A stretch of DNA of 64,000 bases, from NCBI GenBank assembly GCA_045646625.1, contig JAZRLB010000008.1, positions 3,234 through 67,233 of the forward strand. Direction: 5' to 3'. Position numbers and translations under genes: made by a program. Shown here piece by piece: positions 47,212 through 56,880 of this stretch. The DNA is from Candidatus Enterousia sp. (lineage in GTDB: Bacteria > Pseudomonadota > Alphaproteobacteria > Rs-D84). The notes under the pieces were generated by a model, which was not told the origin of the DNA, did not search any database, and worked only from the letters and a program-made list of their open reading frames with translations. Every line of letters begins with the position of its first letter. Position 1 is the stretch's first letter.

Positions 47212-47910
47212 ATGGCCACACGTATTGCTAAATATATTGCAGATTCTGGTTTTGCGTCACGTCGCGTTGCCGAAGATTTAATTGCTGCCGGCCGCGTCAG
47301 TATAAATGGTGTGGGTATTGACAGTCCTGTCAATTTTGTAAATGAAAATGATGTTGTTGAAATAGATGGCAAAAAAATTTCATCTCGCGCAGATACGGAA
47401 TTATATGTTTTTCATAAACCATTAAATACAATGACTACATCGCGTGACCCCAACGGTCGCAAAACGATTTATGATTGTTTGCCTGATGAATATAAACACC
47501 TGAAATATGTGGGGCGTCTGGATTACAAAACAACGGGATTATTGTTGTTAACAAATGACGGTGAATTTGCACGTAAATTAACATTGCCCACATCGAATGT
47601 TGAACGTATATATATTGCGACTGTGAACAGCACAGATTTTTCACGCCTGGACAATGCGCGCCGTGGGATTACTGTTGATGGAATACGGTATGCCCCTATG
47701 AAAATCGAAGAAATTGGCGGCAATGATTTGCGTATCATAATCACCGAAGGTAAAAAGAACGAAGTGCGAATTGTTTTGCGTGCGTGTGGGTGTCCCGTGC
47801 GCAAATTGCATCGCATTTCATACGGTGGAATTGGGTTGGGAAAATTGCCCGTTGGAAAAATTCAAAAAATTTCACAGAAAACAATTGACCTGATTAAAAA
47901 ATCTTTCTAA
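47212..47910 (+). CDS. RsuA/RluB-family pseudouridine synthase
   Basis: S4 domain (RIAKYIADSGFASRRVAEDLIAAGRVSING) and catalytic GRLDYKTTGLLLLTNDG. Confidence 0.86.
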   Translation: MATRIAKYIADSGFASRRVAEDLIAAGRVSINGVGIDSPVNFVNENDVVEIDGKKISSRADTELYVFHKPLNTMTTSRDPNGRKTIYDCLPDEYKHLKYVGRLDYKTTGLLLLTNDGEFARKLTLPTSNVERIYIATVNSTDFSRLDNARRGITVDGIRYAPMKIEEIGGNDLRIIITEGKKNEVRIVLRACGCPVRKLHRISYGGIGLGKLPVGKIQKISQKTIDLIKKSF

Positions 47911-47938
47911 TATCTTACTAAAAGGAAGGGAGATTTAA

Positions 47939-49072
47939 ATGAAAAAAACACCTGAAAAAAAATCCGTTAACACAAAAAATCGTGCAATTGTGCGCCCTGT
48001 GGCATCTAAGCCAACAATAAAAACCAAAGATTCAAAACCATGTTTCAATCCGTGGTCTTTGTCGATTTATGTTTATTGGTTTATTATTTTGTTCTTTATT
48101 GCGGCAACATTTTATATTTTGGGTCGCGCACATAATGGCCAGCCATCGACACAAAATATCGAAATTACAGAAGAAGTGTTGTTGCAATCTGGTGATTTTT
48201 ACAACAGTGGTAAAACAAAACTGTTGGCGGGCGAATTGGATGCAGCGATTGCGGATTTGACTGCGGCGATTGATGCGGGTGGTGCATCTGTTGATGCGTA
48301 TATCTTGCGTGGTGAAGCGTATATGCAGTCTGGTGATTATCGCAGTGCGATGGACGATTTTAACGCGGCCTTGGCCAAGGATGGCGCAAACGCAGTTGCG
48401 TACTATGATCGTTCTTTGTTGAATACGCGCCTGGAAGATTATGGCGCTGCAATGAATGATATTAACAATGCGTTGGCGGCGAATGCGTCTAACCCCAGCG
48501 CGATTTTGCAAATGCGTGATTTGTATGCAAAGCGTGGCCAGTTAAATCTGTGGATGAAAAATTGGCAGGGTGCGATTGCAGACTATACAAATTCATTGGC
48601 GCGCCCAGAAGGAACCGTAAATCCATCTGTATATGCAGAACGCGCCGAAGCGTACACTGCGTTAAACAACTATGCCGAAGCGATTAATGATTATGCGTCT
48701 GCGATTCGTGTGATTTCAGAACAGATTCAAGGGGCGCCAACAATGGAAGAACGTGAATCATTGTCCAGTCGTGCGATGAGTTATTTTGAAAAGTCTGCTG
48801 CATTAAATTTAAGCCAAGGAAATATTGAAGCCGCGCGCACAGATTTGGAATCATCATACACAATCGCGATTGCATTGAATGATACAGAAACAGCAGAAAG
48901 ATTGCAGGGTCTGATTGATGAAATGAATCAGCCTGCACAATCAGAAGCGGTTGCTGCAGAACAAGTGACAGAAGTGGTTGCAGAACCTGTGTCAGAAACA
49001 CCGCAGGAAGTAGATGCAGCCACAGCCCAACCGGCCGAGCAGCCTGTCGAGCCTGTTGCGGATGCGCAGTAG
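47939..49072 (+). CDS. membrane-anchored TPR-repeat protein with an acidic Pro/Glu/Ala-rich tail
   Basis: Basic N-terminus, one TM (YVYWFIILFFIAATFYILG), and repeated A..Y..RG.AY...G.Y..A..D TPR-like units. Confidence 0.7.
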   Translation: MKKTPEKKSVNTKNRAIVRPVASKPTIKTKDSKPCFNPWSLSIYVYWFIILFFIAATFYILGRAHNGQPSTQNIEITEEVLLQSGDFYNSGKTKLLAGELDAAIADLTAAIDAGGASVDAYILRGEAYMQSGDYRSAMDDFNAALAKDGANAVAYYDRSLLNTRLEDYGAAMNDINNALAANASNPSAILQMRDLYAKRGQLNLWMKNWQGAIADYTNSLARPEGTVNPSVYAERAEAYTALNNYAEAINDYASAIRVISEQIQGAPTMEERESLSSRAMSYFEKSAALNLSQGNIEAARTDLESSYTIAIALNDTETAERLQGLIDEMNQPAQSEAVAAEQVTEVVAEPVSETPQEVDAATAQPAEQPVEPVADAQ

Positions 49073-49088
49073 TCAAAAAAATAAAAAG

Positions 49089-49116
49089 GTCCCGCCAAAC
49101 GGCGGGGCTTTTTTTA
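49089..49116 (+). terminator. intrinsic terminator after the TPR gene
   Basis: CCCGCC-AAAC-GGCGGG hairpin followed by T7. Confidence 0.8.
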
Positions 49117-49157
49117 TCGGTTGACCCCGCCGCTATTTTTTTACTAACATTATTTTT

Positions 49158-50339
49158 ATGAGAAGAATGTTCATTCCTTTTTTTTCGCTGGTCTTGTCTT
49201 TTCCGGCTTTTGGGGCGCAATACCGTGCGGCGTTGGTCGCGGATATGGATACCGGGCGTGTGTTGTACCAAGAAAACGCAAACGAATTAAATTATCCAGC
49301 CAGTTTAACAAAAATAATGACGCTGTATCTGACATTTGATGCGTTGGAACACGGGCGATTGGCGCTGGACGATTATTTAATTGTGTCTCAGTCGGCCGCG
49401 AATGCAGAGCCTGTAAAGTTGGGGTTGTCTGCAGGTTCAAAAATTCGTGTAGAAGATGCGATTAAGGCGGTTGCCGTTTACAGCGCCAATGACGTTGCGC
49501 GTGTTTTGGCTGAAAACCTGAAAGGTGGCCAAGAAGAATCTTTTGCTGATTTGATGACACGTGTCGCGCGCGAGATTGGGTTGAATAATACTAATTTTGA
49601 AAACTCGTCTGGTTTGCCAAATGATGACCATATGTCGACTGCGCGTGATATTGCATTATTGTCTATGGCGGTATATAAACACTTTCCGCAATATTGGCAT
49701 TTTTTCGGGATTAAGTCTTGGACATACAACGGCAAAACATACACGAATGGAAATCGCTTGCTGACATCGTTTAATGGTTGCGATGGTATGAAAACTGGTT
49801 ATACCAAAAAATCAAAATATTCATTGGTTGCGACGGCGCACCGTGGCGACGCGCATCTGATGTCGGTTGTTTTAGGTGCTGAAAACAAAGATGTTCGCGC
49901 AAACGTTGCGGCCCAGATGTTAAATCGTGGTTTTTCGATGTTAAATAACGGTTCTGCCCCGGTTGTCAAGACTTCTTATGTGCCACCTGTGTCGAAATCT
50001 GCGCCACAGCCGGCGGTATCCACACAGCCGGTGACAACATTTGCGTCTGCATATAATTCTGCAACAACAAACGCAATGCCAAAATATTCTGGTGCGGCTA
50101 TCACATCGTCGACTGCGGCTGCTGGTGTCGCGGGGGTTCAGTTTGGTGCGTTTTCGTCTGAATCGGCCGCAGCGGCCCAGGTCGCAAACGTAAAAAATAA
50201 ACTAGGTGCAAATGCAGTTATTGAATCAACAGGAACAGGGCTGTATCGTGTTCGTGTTTATGGGTTGACGGATGCGTCTGCGGGTCAGTTAAAATCGTCG
50301 GCTTCTGCTAACGGTATTGACAGTTATGTTTTTCACTAG
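49158..50339 (+). CDS. dacA: D-alanyl-D-alanine carboxypeptidase (S11, PBP5/6-like) with a C-terminal SPOR domain
   Basis: SLTK (SxxK), NSSGL (SxN) and KTGYT (KTG) motifs. C-terminal GVQFGAFSSESAAAAQV...GLYRVRVYGL resembles a SPOR domain. Confidence 0.85.
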   Translation: MRRMFIPFFSLVLSFPAFGAQYRAALVADMDTGRVLYQENANELNYPASLTKIMTLYLTFDALEHGRLALDDYLIVSQSAANAEPVKLGLSAGSKIRVEDAIKAVAVYSANDVARVLAENLKGGQEESFADLMTRVAREIGLNNTNFENSSGLPNDDHMSTARDIALLSMAVYKHFPQYWHFFGIKSWTYNGKTYTNGNRLLTSFNGCDGMKTGYTKKSKYSLVATAHRGDAHLMSVVLGAENKDVRANVAAQMLNRGFSMLNNGSAPVVKTSYVPPVSKSAPQPAVSTQPVTTFASAYNSATTNAMPKYSGAAITSSTAAAGVAGVQFGAFSSESAAAAQVANVKNKLGANAVIESTGTGLYRVRVYGLTDASAGQLKSSASANGIDSYVFH

Positions 50340-50354
50340 TATTTTATAAACACT

Positions 50355-50954
50355 ATGAATCCGAAAATTGAAAAATTAATAAAGTTGTTTGCAAAATTGC
50401 CGCGTGTTGGTTCGCGTGGTGGCCAGCGTATTGCGCTGTGCCTGTTGCAGGATAAAACCGGGCGTGCCGACGCGTTGGCGACTGCGATTGTGGATGCGGC
50501 CCAGAATATTGCGCCGTGTCCCAGATGTGGTGTTTTAACAGATCGTGGTGCGCACGCGTGTGAATATTGTCGTGATGCATCGCGCGCCAATGGTCAGTTG
50601 TGCGTTGTTCGTGATTTGTCTGACGTTTGGACATTGGAAAAGTCATCGGTTTTTCACGGTCGTTATCATATCATTGGCGGATTGCTGTCAGGTGCATCTG
50701 GTACATTGCCCCAGGATTTAAACATTGCTAATTTGCCAGAACGCATTGCAGATGAAAAAATCAGTGAAATAATTTTTGCATTACCTAATACGGTCGAAGG
50801 CAAAACGACCCAGCATTACATTATGTCATCGGTTGGCGATGTTGCGGGTGTGTCTTTTTCTGAATTGGCGTCAGGCGTTCCGCTGGGTGGTGATTTAGAT
50901 TACCTGGACGATGGTACATTAACATTGGCATTTGGGGGGCGTAAATCATTATGA
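50355..50954 (+). CDS. recR: recombination protein RecR
   Basis: HhH N-terminus LPRVGSRGGQRIA, C4 zinc finger CPRCG...CEYC, Toprim region CVVRDLSDVWTLE. Confidence 0.93.
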   Translation: MNPKIEKLIKLFAKLPRVGSRGGQRIALCLLQDKTGRADALATAIVDAAQNIAPCPRCGVLTDRGAHACEYCRDASRANGQLCVVRDLSDVWTLEKSSVFHGRYHIIGGLLSGASGTLPQDLNIANLPERIADEKISEIIFALPNTVEGKTTQHYIMSSVGDVAGVSFSELASGVPLGGDLDYLDDGTLTLAFGGRKSL

Positions 50955-51775
50955 CAAAATCGATTGAAAATTTGCCACCTGTATCTGAGATGATGCGTGA
51001 GTGTGGCTTGGAACCTAAAAAGCAATTTGGTCAAAATTTTTTATTTGATTTGAATTTAACTGGACGTATTGCGCGCAGTGTTCCAGACATACAAAACACG
51101 CCGGTGGTAGAAGTTGGCCCGGGCCCCGCGGGATTGACACGTTCTATATTAATGGCGGGGGCGCCGCGTGTTATTGCGATTGAAAAGGATAAAACAACTG
51201 CGCCGATTTTATCGCAAATTGTAGATGCGGCGGACGGTCGTTTGGGGGTTATTTATGATGATGCGTTGCGCGTGAATTTTTCAGAATTAGGTTTTGAAAA
51301 ATATGCGGTGTGCGCAAACCTGCCATATAATGTCGGTACTGAATTGTTGATTGGTTGGTTGCAGAAAATTGCACGCGGCGAAAAAATTCAATCATTGACA
51401 TTAATGTTTCAGCGCGAAGTTGCGTTGCGCATTACCGCCCGTCCCGGTGACGAGCATTATGGTCGTTTAGCGGTACTGACGTCTTTGATTGCAGATGCGC
51501 GTATTTTGTTTGACGTTCCGAATACGGCGTTTGTTCCGCGCCCCAAGGTACAGTCTGCGGTTGTTCAGATAATTCCAAATATCGAAAAAATTGCACGTAT
51601 TTCTAATCTGGAAAAAATCGAACATATAACTGCAAAATTATTTGGCCAGCGGCGAAAAATGATACGTGGCATAATGCCAAATGTTCAATGGTCTGACTTT
51701 GGGTTGGCGGGAACAGAACGTGCAGAAAATTTATCGCCAGAAATGTTTGCAACATTGGCAAATAATTTGCTATAG
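50951..51775 (+). CDS. rsmA: 16S rRNA (adenine1518/1519-N6)-dimethyltransferase RsmA/KsgA
   Basis: KKQFGQNFL and VVEVGPGPAGLT SAM motifs, plus NLPYNV. Confidence 0.93.
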   Translation: MTKSIENLPPVSEMMRECGLEPKKQFGQNFLFDLNLTGRIARSVPDIQNTPVVEVGPGPAGLTRSILMAGAPRVIAIEKDKTTAPILSQIVDAADGRLGVIYDDALRVNFSELGFEKYAVCANLPYNVGTELLIGWLQKIARGEKIQSLTLMFQREVALRITARPGDEHYGRLAVLTSLIADARILFDVPNTAFVPRPKVQSAVVQIIPNIEKIARISNLEKIEHITAKLFGQRRKMIRGIMPNVQWSDFGLAGTERAENLSPEMFATLANNLL

Positions 51776-51803
51776 TTTCTTTGTCAGGGGATTGGAGGGA
51801 TAA

Positions 51804-53513
51804 ATGTCGCTGTCGCTATTGGCGTTTTTTGCAATTGTTTTCGTTTTGGTCTATATGTTGCGTATGGCGCGCATTGGTGCATTGGTTGCGTTTTTATTTG
51901 CTGGTATTTTATCTGGGCCATACGTGTTTAATTTATTTGAATTATCGGATGCTTGGACGTTTCTGGGCGATATGGGAATAATGTTCTTGTGGTTCAATAT
52001 TGGTCTGGAAATCAATATGCGTCGTCTGTGGCGTATGCGTCGCACTATTTTTGGATTTGGCGCGGCCCAGGTTATGATGGTGGCTGTGATGTTGTTCCCT
52101 ATATTGTTTGGTGTGACGGGTTGGACGGTATTGGGCAGTATAATGGTTGCGATGATGTTGGCCATGTCCAGTACGACTGTTGATTTGCAGTTGCTAACAG
52201 AACGTAATCAGTTAAACACAGATATGGGGCGTCAGTCATTTTCGATATTATTGTTCCAAGATTTGTTATCTATTCCATTGCTGGCAATGTTGCCTGCGCT
52301 TGCGGGAAAGTCATTCAGTTTTGGCGCAACTGCGATTGATGTTTTGGTTATATCTGCCACACTGATTTTGTCTGTTATTGTTGTTGGTCGATTTGTTATG
52401 ACGCCAATTCTGCGTCAGGTTAGTAAATTAAAATCCAAAGAAGCCTTTTTGTTGGCGGTTATGCTGAACATAGTTGTTTGGGCTGTGTTGCTTGACTTGT
52501 TGGGATTGCCTGCAGGGTTGGGGGCATTCTTGGCAGGTATGTTGATGTCTGAAACGGTATATCGCCATCAAATATCGGCCGAGATATCGCCATACGCAAC
52601 ATTATTCCTGGCGTTTTTCTTTATATCTTTAGGTATGGGGTTGAAGCTGCCGCTGTTGGGTGAATGTTGGTATATGATATTGCTGGGGTTGATTGGCTTT
52701 GTTGCATTAAAGTTTTTTGCAATATATATGGTTGCGCGTGTTCGTGGTGTAAATAACTATGATTCCTTAATGATTGCATTAATTCTGGCCCAGGGTGGTG
52801 AATTTGCTTTGTTGATGCTGCAGACGATGAAAACCAGCGGTATCAACGCAATCCCAACAGATCACAAAGAAATATTAACAGCAATAATTATATTGTCTAT
52901 TATGTTAACACCATTAGCGTTAGGACTGTTTGATTATCTGCGTCGCCGTGGCAAAATATTTCCAGCGCGTTCCCAGCGTGCATTAACGGATTCCGACGAA
53001 AATATCAAGCCTGATATAATTGTGTGTGGCTTTGGTCGTGTTGGTCAAATTATATGCCAGATGCTGGATGCCCAGAACATTCCATATGTTGCGATTGATT
53101 TAGATATTAATTCGGTTATGATGGGACGCGAAATGGGATTTAATGTTGTTTATGGGGACACGACAAACAGTGATGTTTTGTCTGCGTTTGGGTTAAAGCC
53201 ACGTGCTGTAAAATCTGTAGTCGTTGCACTTGATAATGCGAATACCGCCCGCAGATGTATATTGACGGTAAAATCTATTGCGCCACGTGTAAAGATATTT
53301 GCGCGCGCACGCAATTTGGCCGATTCCCAGATGCTGATGCATGAGGGTGTGATTGCTGCATTGCCTGAAACCATAGAATCTTCATTTATGCTGGGGTATA
53401 ACGTATTGTCGCACGCGGGCGTGTCGGACACGAAGATAGATAATTTGGTACGCGCTATGCGCGATAATAATTATTCTGGTTTGTCCACCGTAATATCGGA
53501 CCGGCGTGATTGA
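51804..53513 (+). CDS. CPA2 monovalent cation:proton antiporter with a C-terminal KTN/RCK domain (KefB/KefC-like)
   Basis: About 12 TM Na_H_exchanger-like core. C-terminal Rossmann motif IIVCGFGRVGQ. Confidence 0.84.
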   Translation: MSLSLLAFFAIVFVLVYMLRMARIGALVAFLFAGILSGPYVFNLFELSDAWTFLGDMGIMFLWFNIGLEINMRRLWRMRRTIFGFGAAQVMMVAVMLFPILFGVTGWTVLGSIMVAMMLAMSSTTVDLQLLTERNQLNTDMGRQSFSILLFQDLLSIPLLAMLPALAGKSFSFGATAIDVLVISATLILSVIVVGRFVMTPILRQVSKLKSKEAFLLAVMLNIVVWAVLLDLLGLPAGLGAFLAGMLMSETVYRHQISAEISPYATLFLAFFFISLGMGLKLPLLGECWYMILLGLIGFVALKFFAIYMVARVRGVNNYDSLMIALILAQGGEFALLMLQTMKTSGINAIPTDHKEILTAIIILSIMLTPLALGLFDYLRRRGKIFPARSQRALTDSDENIKPDIIVCGFGRVGQIICQMLDAQNIPYVAIDLDINSVMMGREMGFNVVYGDTTNSDVLSAFGLKPRAVKSVVVALDNANTARRCILTVKSIAPRVKIFARARNLADSQMLMHEGVIAALPETIESSFMLGYNVLSHAGVSDTKIDNLVRAMRDNNYSGLSTVISDRRD

Positions 53514-53516
53514 TAA

Positions 53517-53546
53517 AAACGTCCCCGGCATAGGGGACATTTTATT
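53517..53546 (+). terminator. probable intrinsic terminator after the kef-like gene
   Basis: GTCCCC-GGCATA-GGGGAC hairpin followed by ATTTTATTT. Confidence 0.55.
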
Positions 53547-53600
53547 TGCAATTCTTGATTCATATTGTTATATTTCAACGTAAACGTGGAAAGGCAAGCA

Positions 53601-54134
53601 ATGAAAAAATCAACAATTATTTTATCGATAATCATATGCGCTATATTACTTGACCAGTTGACCAAGGGCGTGATAATGTATTTCTTTGGTGGTGTTATAC
53701 CATTGGCTGGCGTCGCGTGGGATGTTGTTCCTGTGCCACATATGTTGCATGTGTTTGATTTCTTTAATTTGGTTTTTACTTGGAATCCTGGTACGTCGTT
53801 TTCATTGTTTCGCGCAATGGGCGAAGCGGCACCGGTGGTTATGGTTATTGCGACCGGCTTTATTACAGGATTTATTTTGTATTATCTGGTCCGTCGTGCC
53901 AAACGGTATGAGGTTGTACCCCTTGCCTTAATTGCGGGCGGTGCGATTGGTAATCTGATTGATCGCATTCGTTTTGGTGCGGTAATTGATTTCTTGGATT
54001 TTCATGTTGCCGCGTGGCATTGGCCTGCGTTTAATGTAGCGGATATTTGTATTTGTCTGGGCGTTGGTTTGTATTTACTGAATATGTACATCGAGCGCCG
54101 CAAATGTTTAAAATCAATAAAGGATGGTAAATAA
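53601..54134 (+). CDS. lspA: lipoprotein signal peptidase (signal peptidase II)
   Basis: LDQLTK, NPGTSFS, GGAIGNLIDR and FNVAD motifs. GGAAAGG RBS. Confidence 0.9.
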   Translation: MKKSTIILSIIICAILLDQLTKGVIMYFFGGVIPLAGVAWDVVPVPHMLHVFDFFNLVFTWNPGTSFSLFRAMGEAAPVVMVIATGFITGFILYYLVRRAKRYEVVPLALIAGGAIGNLIDRIRFGAVIDFLDFHVAAWHWPAFNVADICICLGVGLYLLNMYIERRKCLKSIKDGK

Positions 54135-54136
54135 TT

Positions 54137-55699
54137 ATGGTTCAGTATATGGATAAAAATTCGGGCTTTAATACGTGGAGCGCGAACAAGGTGGCTGCCA
54201 CGCAGAAAAAATCACCTTTTTCTGGTTTTTTATGGTGGACGCTGGTGTTTGTTGCGGCCTGGTGGTTGGTTGGCGTATTTATGTCGCCAAAGCAGACTGT
54301 GCAAACGACGGATGTTGCGTCAAATCTTGTTGATTTGTCAGCTGTCCCTGTTTCGAGCGTGTCGTCGGATAAGATAAGTGCATCTGTCCAAGGGCTGCGC
54401 ATATCAGATGTGAATTTATCTGAATTTACGGTTGCGCCTGACGCGACAGACAATGTTGTTTTACTGGGGGGCGACAATAATTTTATCGAGGTTGGCTTGC
54501 TGGCTACGGGTACAACAGGGCCTGTTGCAACAACTGTCTGGAAACAGAACGACAATACATACACTTGGCGTAATTCTGATGGGGTTGAATTTGTTCGCGC
54601 ATTTATTCCAGATGGATATACAATCACAATCAAAGACACGATTACAAACAAATCGGGACGTGATGTTGCATTTGCGCCGTATGCGCGTATTGTTCGTGAC
54701 AATGATATGAAATCGGCGGCCGGTGTCACAAATGGTGCGGTTGCGTATGTGAATTCAGACGTCGAAGATGTTGCCTGGGCCAAGTTGGACAAGAAATCGT
54801 ATGCGTATTCAACCACGGGTGGTTTTGCGGGCTTTGCGGACCAGTACTGGGAAACAATAGTGTCCGTTGATTCCCCAGACCAGACGATTCGAATGAAAAA
54901 AACTGGCGATAAATACATAACAGATACAGCGGCCGGCGCGGTTCATATTGCAAATGGCGCAACCGTGACAATTGCGACCAATGTGTTTGTTGGGCCACGT
55001 GATCAAACTGTGTTGAATGCCATAGAATCCAAAATGCCTGGTATTACCGAAACAATAGATTACGGTTGGTTTTGGTTTTTGGCCCAGCCAATGTTATGGG
55101 TATTAAACGGCATTCATCACGTTGTAATGAATTATGGCGTTGCGATTATCATTATGACGATTTTGTTGCGTTTGCTGATGTGGCCATTAACGCGCAAGTC
55201 TTATGTGTCAATGGCGGCTATGCAGAAGATGCAGCCTGAAATGCAGCGTATCCAGAAACTGTATGCAAACGATAAAATGCGTTTACAGATGGAAATGATG
55301 AAGCTGTATCAGACGCATAAAACATCACCTATGTCTGGGTGTTTGCCGATGCTGATTCAGATACCTATTTTCTTCGCATTGTACAAGGCGTTATTGGTGT
55401 CTGTGCAAATGCGTAATGCACACTTTTTGTGGATATCTGATTTATCTGCAATGGATCCGTATTTTATATTGCCGATATTGATGGGTGTGACAATGTATTT
55501 GCAGCAACGCCTGCAGTCGCCCAAGGCAACCAGCAACGGCAATGATATTGCCGCCCAGACCCAGCGTATGATGCGGTGGATGCCTATATTGTTCACGGTA
55601 ATGTTTGCGTGGATGCCGGCGGGTCTGGTTCTGTATTGGACGGTATCAAACGTGTTCGGCATTATGCAGATGCAAATTATCAAGCGTCGTTCTGAATAA
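54137..55699 (+). CDS. yidC: membrane protein insertase YidC
   Basis: N-terminal TM, large periplasmic domain and a C-terminal 5-TM core (LLMWPLTRKSYVSMAAMQKMQPEMQRIQKLY, GCLPMLIQIPIFFALY). Confidence 0.92.
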   Translation: MVQYMDKNSGFNTWSANKVAATQKKSPFSGFLWWTLVFVAAWWLVGVFMSPKQTVQTTDVASNLVDLSAVPVSSVSSDKISASVQGLRISDVNLSEFTVAPDATDNVVLLGGDNNFIEVGLLATGTTGPVATTVWKQNDNTYTWRNSDGVEFVRAFIPDGYTITIKDTITNKSGRDVAFAPYARIVRDNDMKSAAGVTNGAVAYVNSDVEDVAWAKLDKKSYAYSTTGGFAGFADQYWETIVSVDSPDQTIRMKKTGDKYITDTAAGAVHIANGATVTIATNVFVGPRDQTVLNAIESKMPGITETIDYGWFWFLAQPMLWVLNGIHHVVMNYGVAIIIMTILLRLLMWPLTRKSYVSMAAMQKMQPEMQRIQKLYANDKMRLQMEMMKLYQTHKTSPMSGCLPMLIQIPIFFALYKALLVSVQMRNAHFLWISDLSAMDPYFILPILMGVTMYLQQRLQSPKATSNGNDIAAQTQRMMRWMPILFTVMFAWMPAGLVLYWTVSNVFGIMQMQIIKRRSE

Positions 55700-55726
55700 T
55701 TTGTTCTTTACAATTGGCAAAATTGC

Positions 55727-55748
55727 GGCACAGGTAAATACCTGTGCC
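55727..55748 (+). terminator. hairpin after yidC (weak U-tract)
   Basis: GGCACAGGT-AAAT-ACCTGTGCC 9-bp stem followed by CTCTT. Confidence 0.4.
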
Positions 55749-55770
55749 CTCTTGCGTTGTGGAGTAAAGC

Positions 55771-56880
55771 ATGATAAAATATACCACTATGAGTAGAATG
55801 TATTCCACAATCTTGATGATTGCTTGTATTTCTTTCGCGGCCAATGTGCGCGCAGAAGAATTTATTGACCGAATTGATGATACAGAAATTGTCGCAGGCC
55901 ATTATGGTGATGACGGTTTTTTTTATGATGATTATGTATCCAGTCCAACGGATGATGCGCTGGATAATCTGTACGATGTCTATGAAGCTGTGCAAACATT
56001 CTGCGGTGGTCTGTCGGCCGAATTGTCTGAATTATCGGGTATATCCATTGCTAATACGGTTGTGACGGGCGTTGGAACGGCGGCGGCTGGTGGCGCGCTG
56101 GCGACCGGTATTGCCAAGGCGAATACGGATAAAAAAGTATCAGAAATGTCCGTGCAGATTGCGGAAAAAATTTGCCAAAATGGTGGTTGTGATGCGAACG
56201 GTATCGAAACAATGTCCGATCAGGAATTTGCGGAAAAAATCTTGCCGCTGTTGGTGGTTGGGGTGCAAAACGAAAATTCTGATGCCGCATCTGTTATTTC
56301 TATGAAGGTAGAGCAGGACAGGGCAATCGCCAAATCGAAGCGTCTGGGGAATTGGCGTACGGGGCTGTTGGCGGGCAATACTGCGACAAACATTGCTGCT
56401 GCAGTTATGGCGGGGCTGAATCGTGATCAAAGTGAATTGATTATGCGTGTCACTGCCTGCAATCAGTCCGTCCAGAAATTGAAAGACGCGAACCAGGCTG
56501 CCATTGCGGCGGGTGTAAATCCGATTGATAACCCGTATATGCAGGGGTTCAGTGAAACAATATACAAATGCGGAACGTTGAACGTCGCGGACGTGGAAAA
56601 AATTGAAAAGCAAATGACGGTTGTAATGGGGACTGGCATTGCGGGCAGTGTTGTTGGCGCAGTTGGTGTTGGAACCAGTGCAGCAGCCAATACAGATAAA
56701 ATCAGAAATGATAATACAGACGCGGGCAAGAAAAAGGAAAAGGCTTTAAATACGGTTGCCAATGTTTCGTCTGGTGCGAATGTAGTTATAGGTGCGGTTG
56801 GAACCGGCTTTAATATTTCCCTGATTAACCTGACTAAAAAAATGATGCGTGCCGCCCAACAATGCGAGGAAACATTATGA
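55771..56880 (+). CDS. secreted protein with three glycine-zipper-like segments and six Cys
   Basis: 369 aa. GGAG RBS. Signal peptide ...MIACISFAANVRA. Small-residue stretches GVGTAAAGGALATGIA, GTGIAGSVVGAVGVGTSAAA and SGANVVIGAVGTG. Its stop overlaps the start of the next gene (ATGA). Confidence 0.55.
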   Translation: MIKYTTMSRMYSTILMIACISFAANVRAEEFIDRIDDTEIVAGHYGDDGFFYDDYVSSPTDDALDNLYDVYEAVQTFCGGLSAELSELSGISIANTVVTGVGTAAAGGALATGIAKANTDKKVSEMSVQIAEKICQNGGCDANGIETMSDQEFAEKILPLLVVGVQNENSDAASVISMKVEQDRAIAKSKRLGNWRTGLLAGNTATNIAAAVMAGLNRDQSELIMRVTACNQSVQKLKDANQAAIAAGVNPIDNPYMQGFSETIYKCGTLNVADVEKIEKQMTVVMGTGIAGSVVGAVGVGTSAAANTDKIRNDNTDAGKKKEKALNTVANVSSGANVVIGAVGTGFNISLINLTKKMMRAAQQCEETL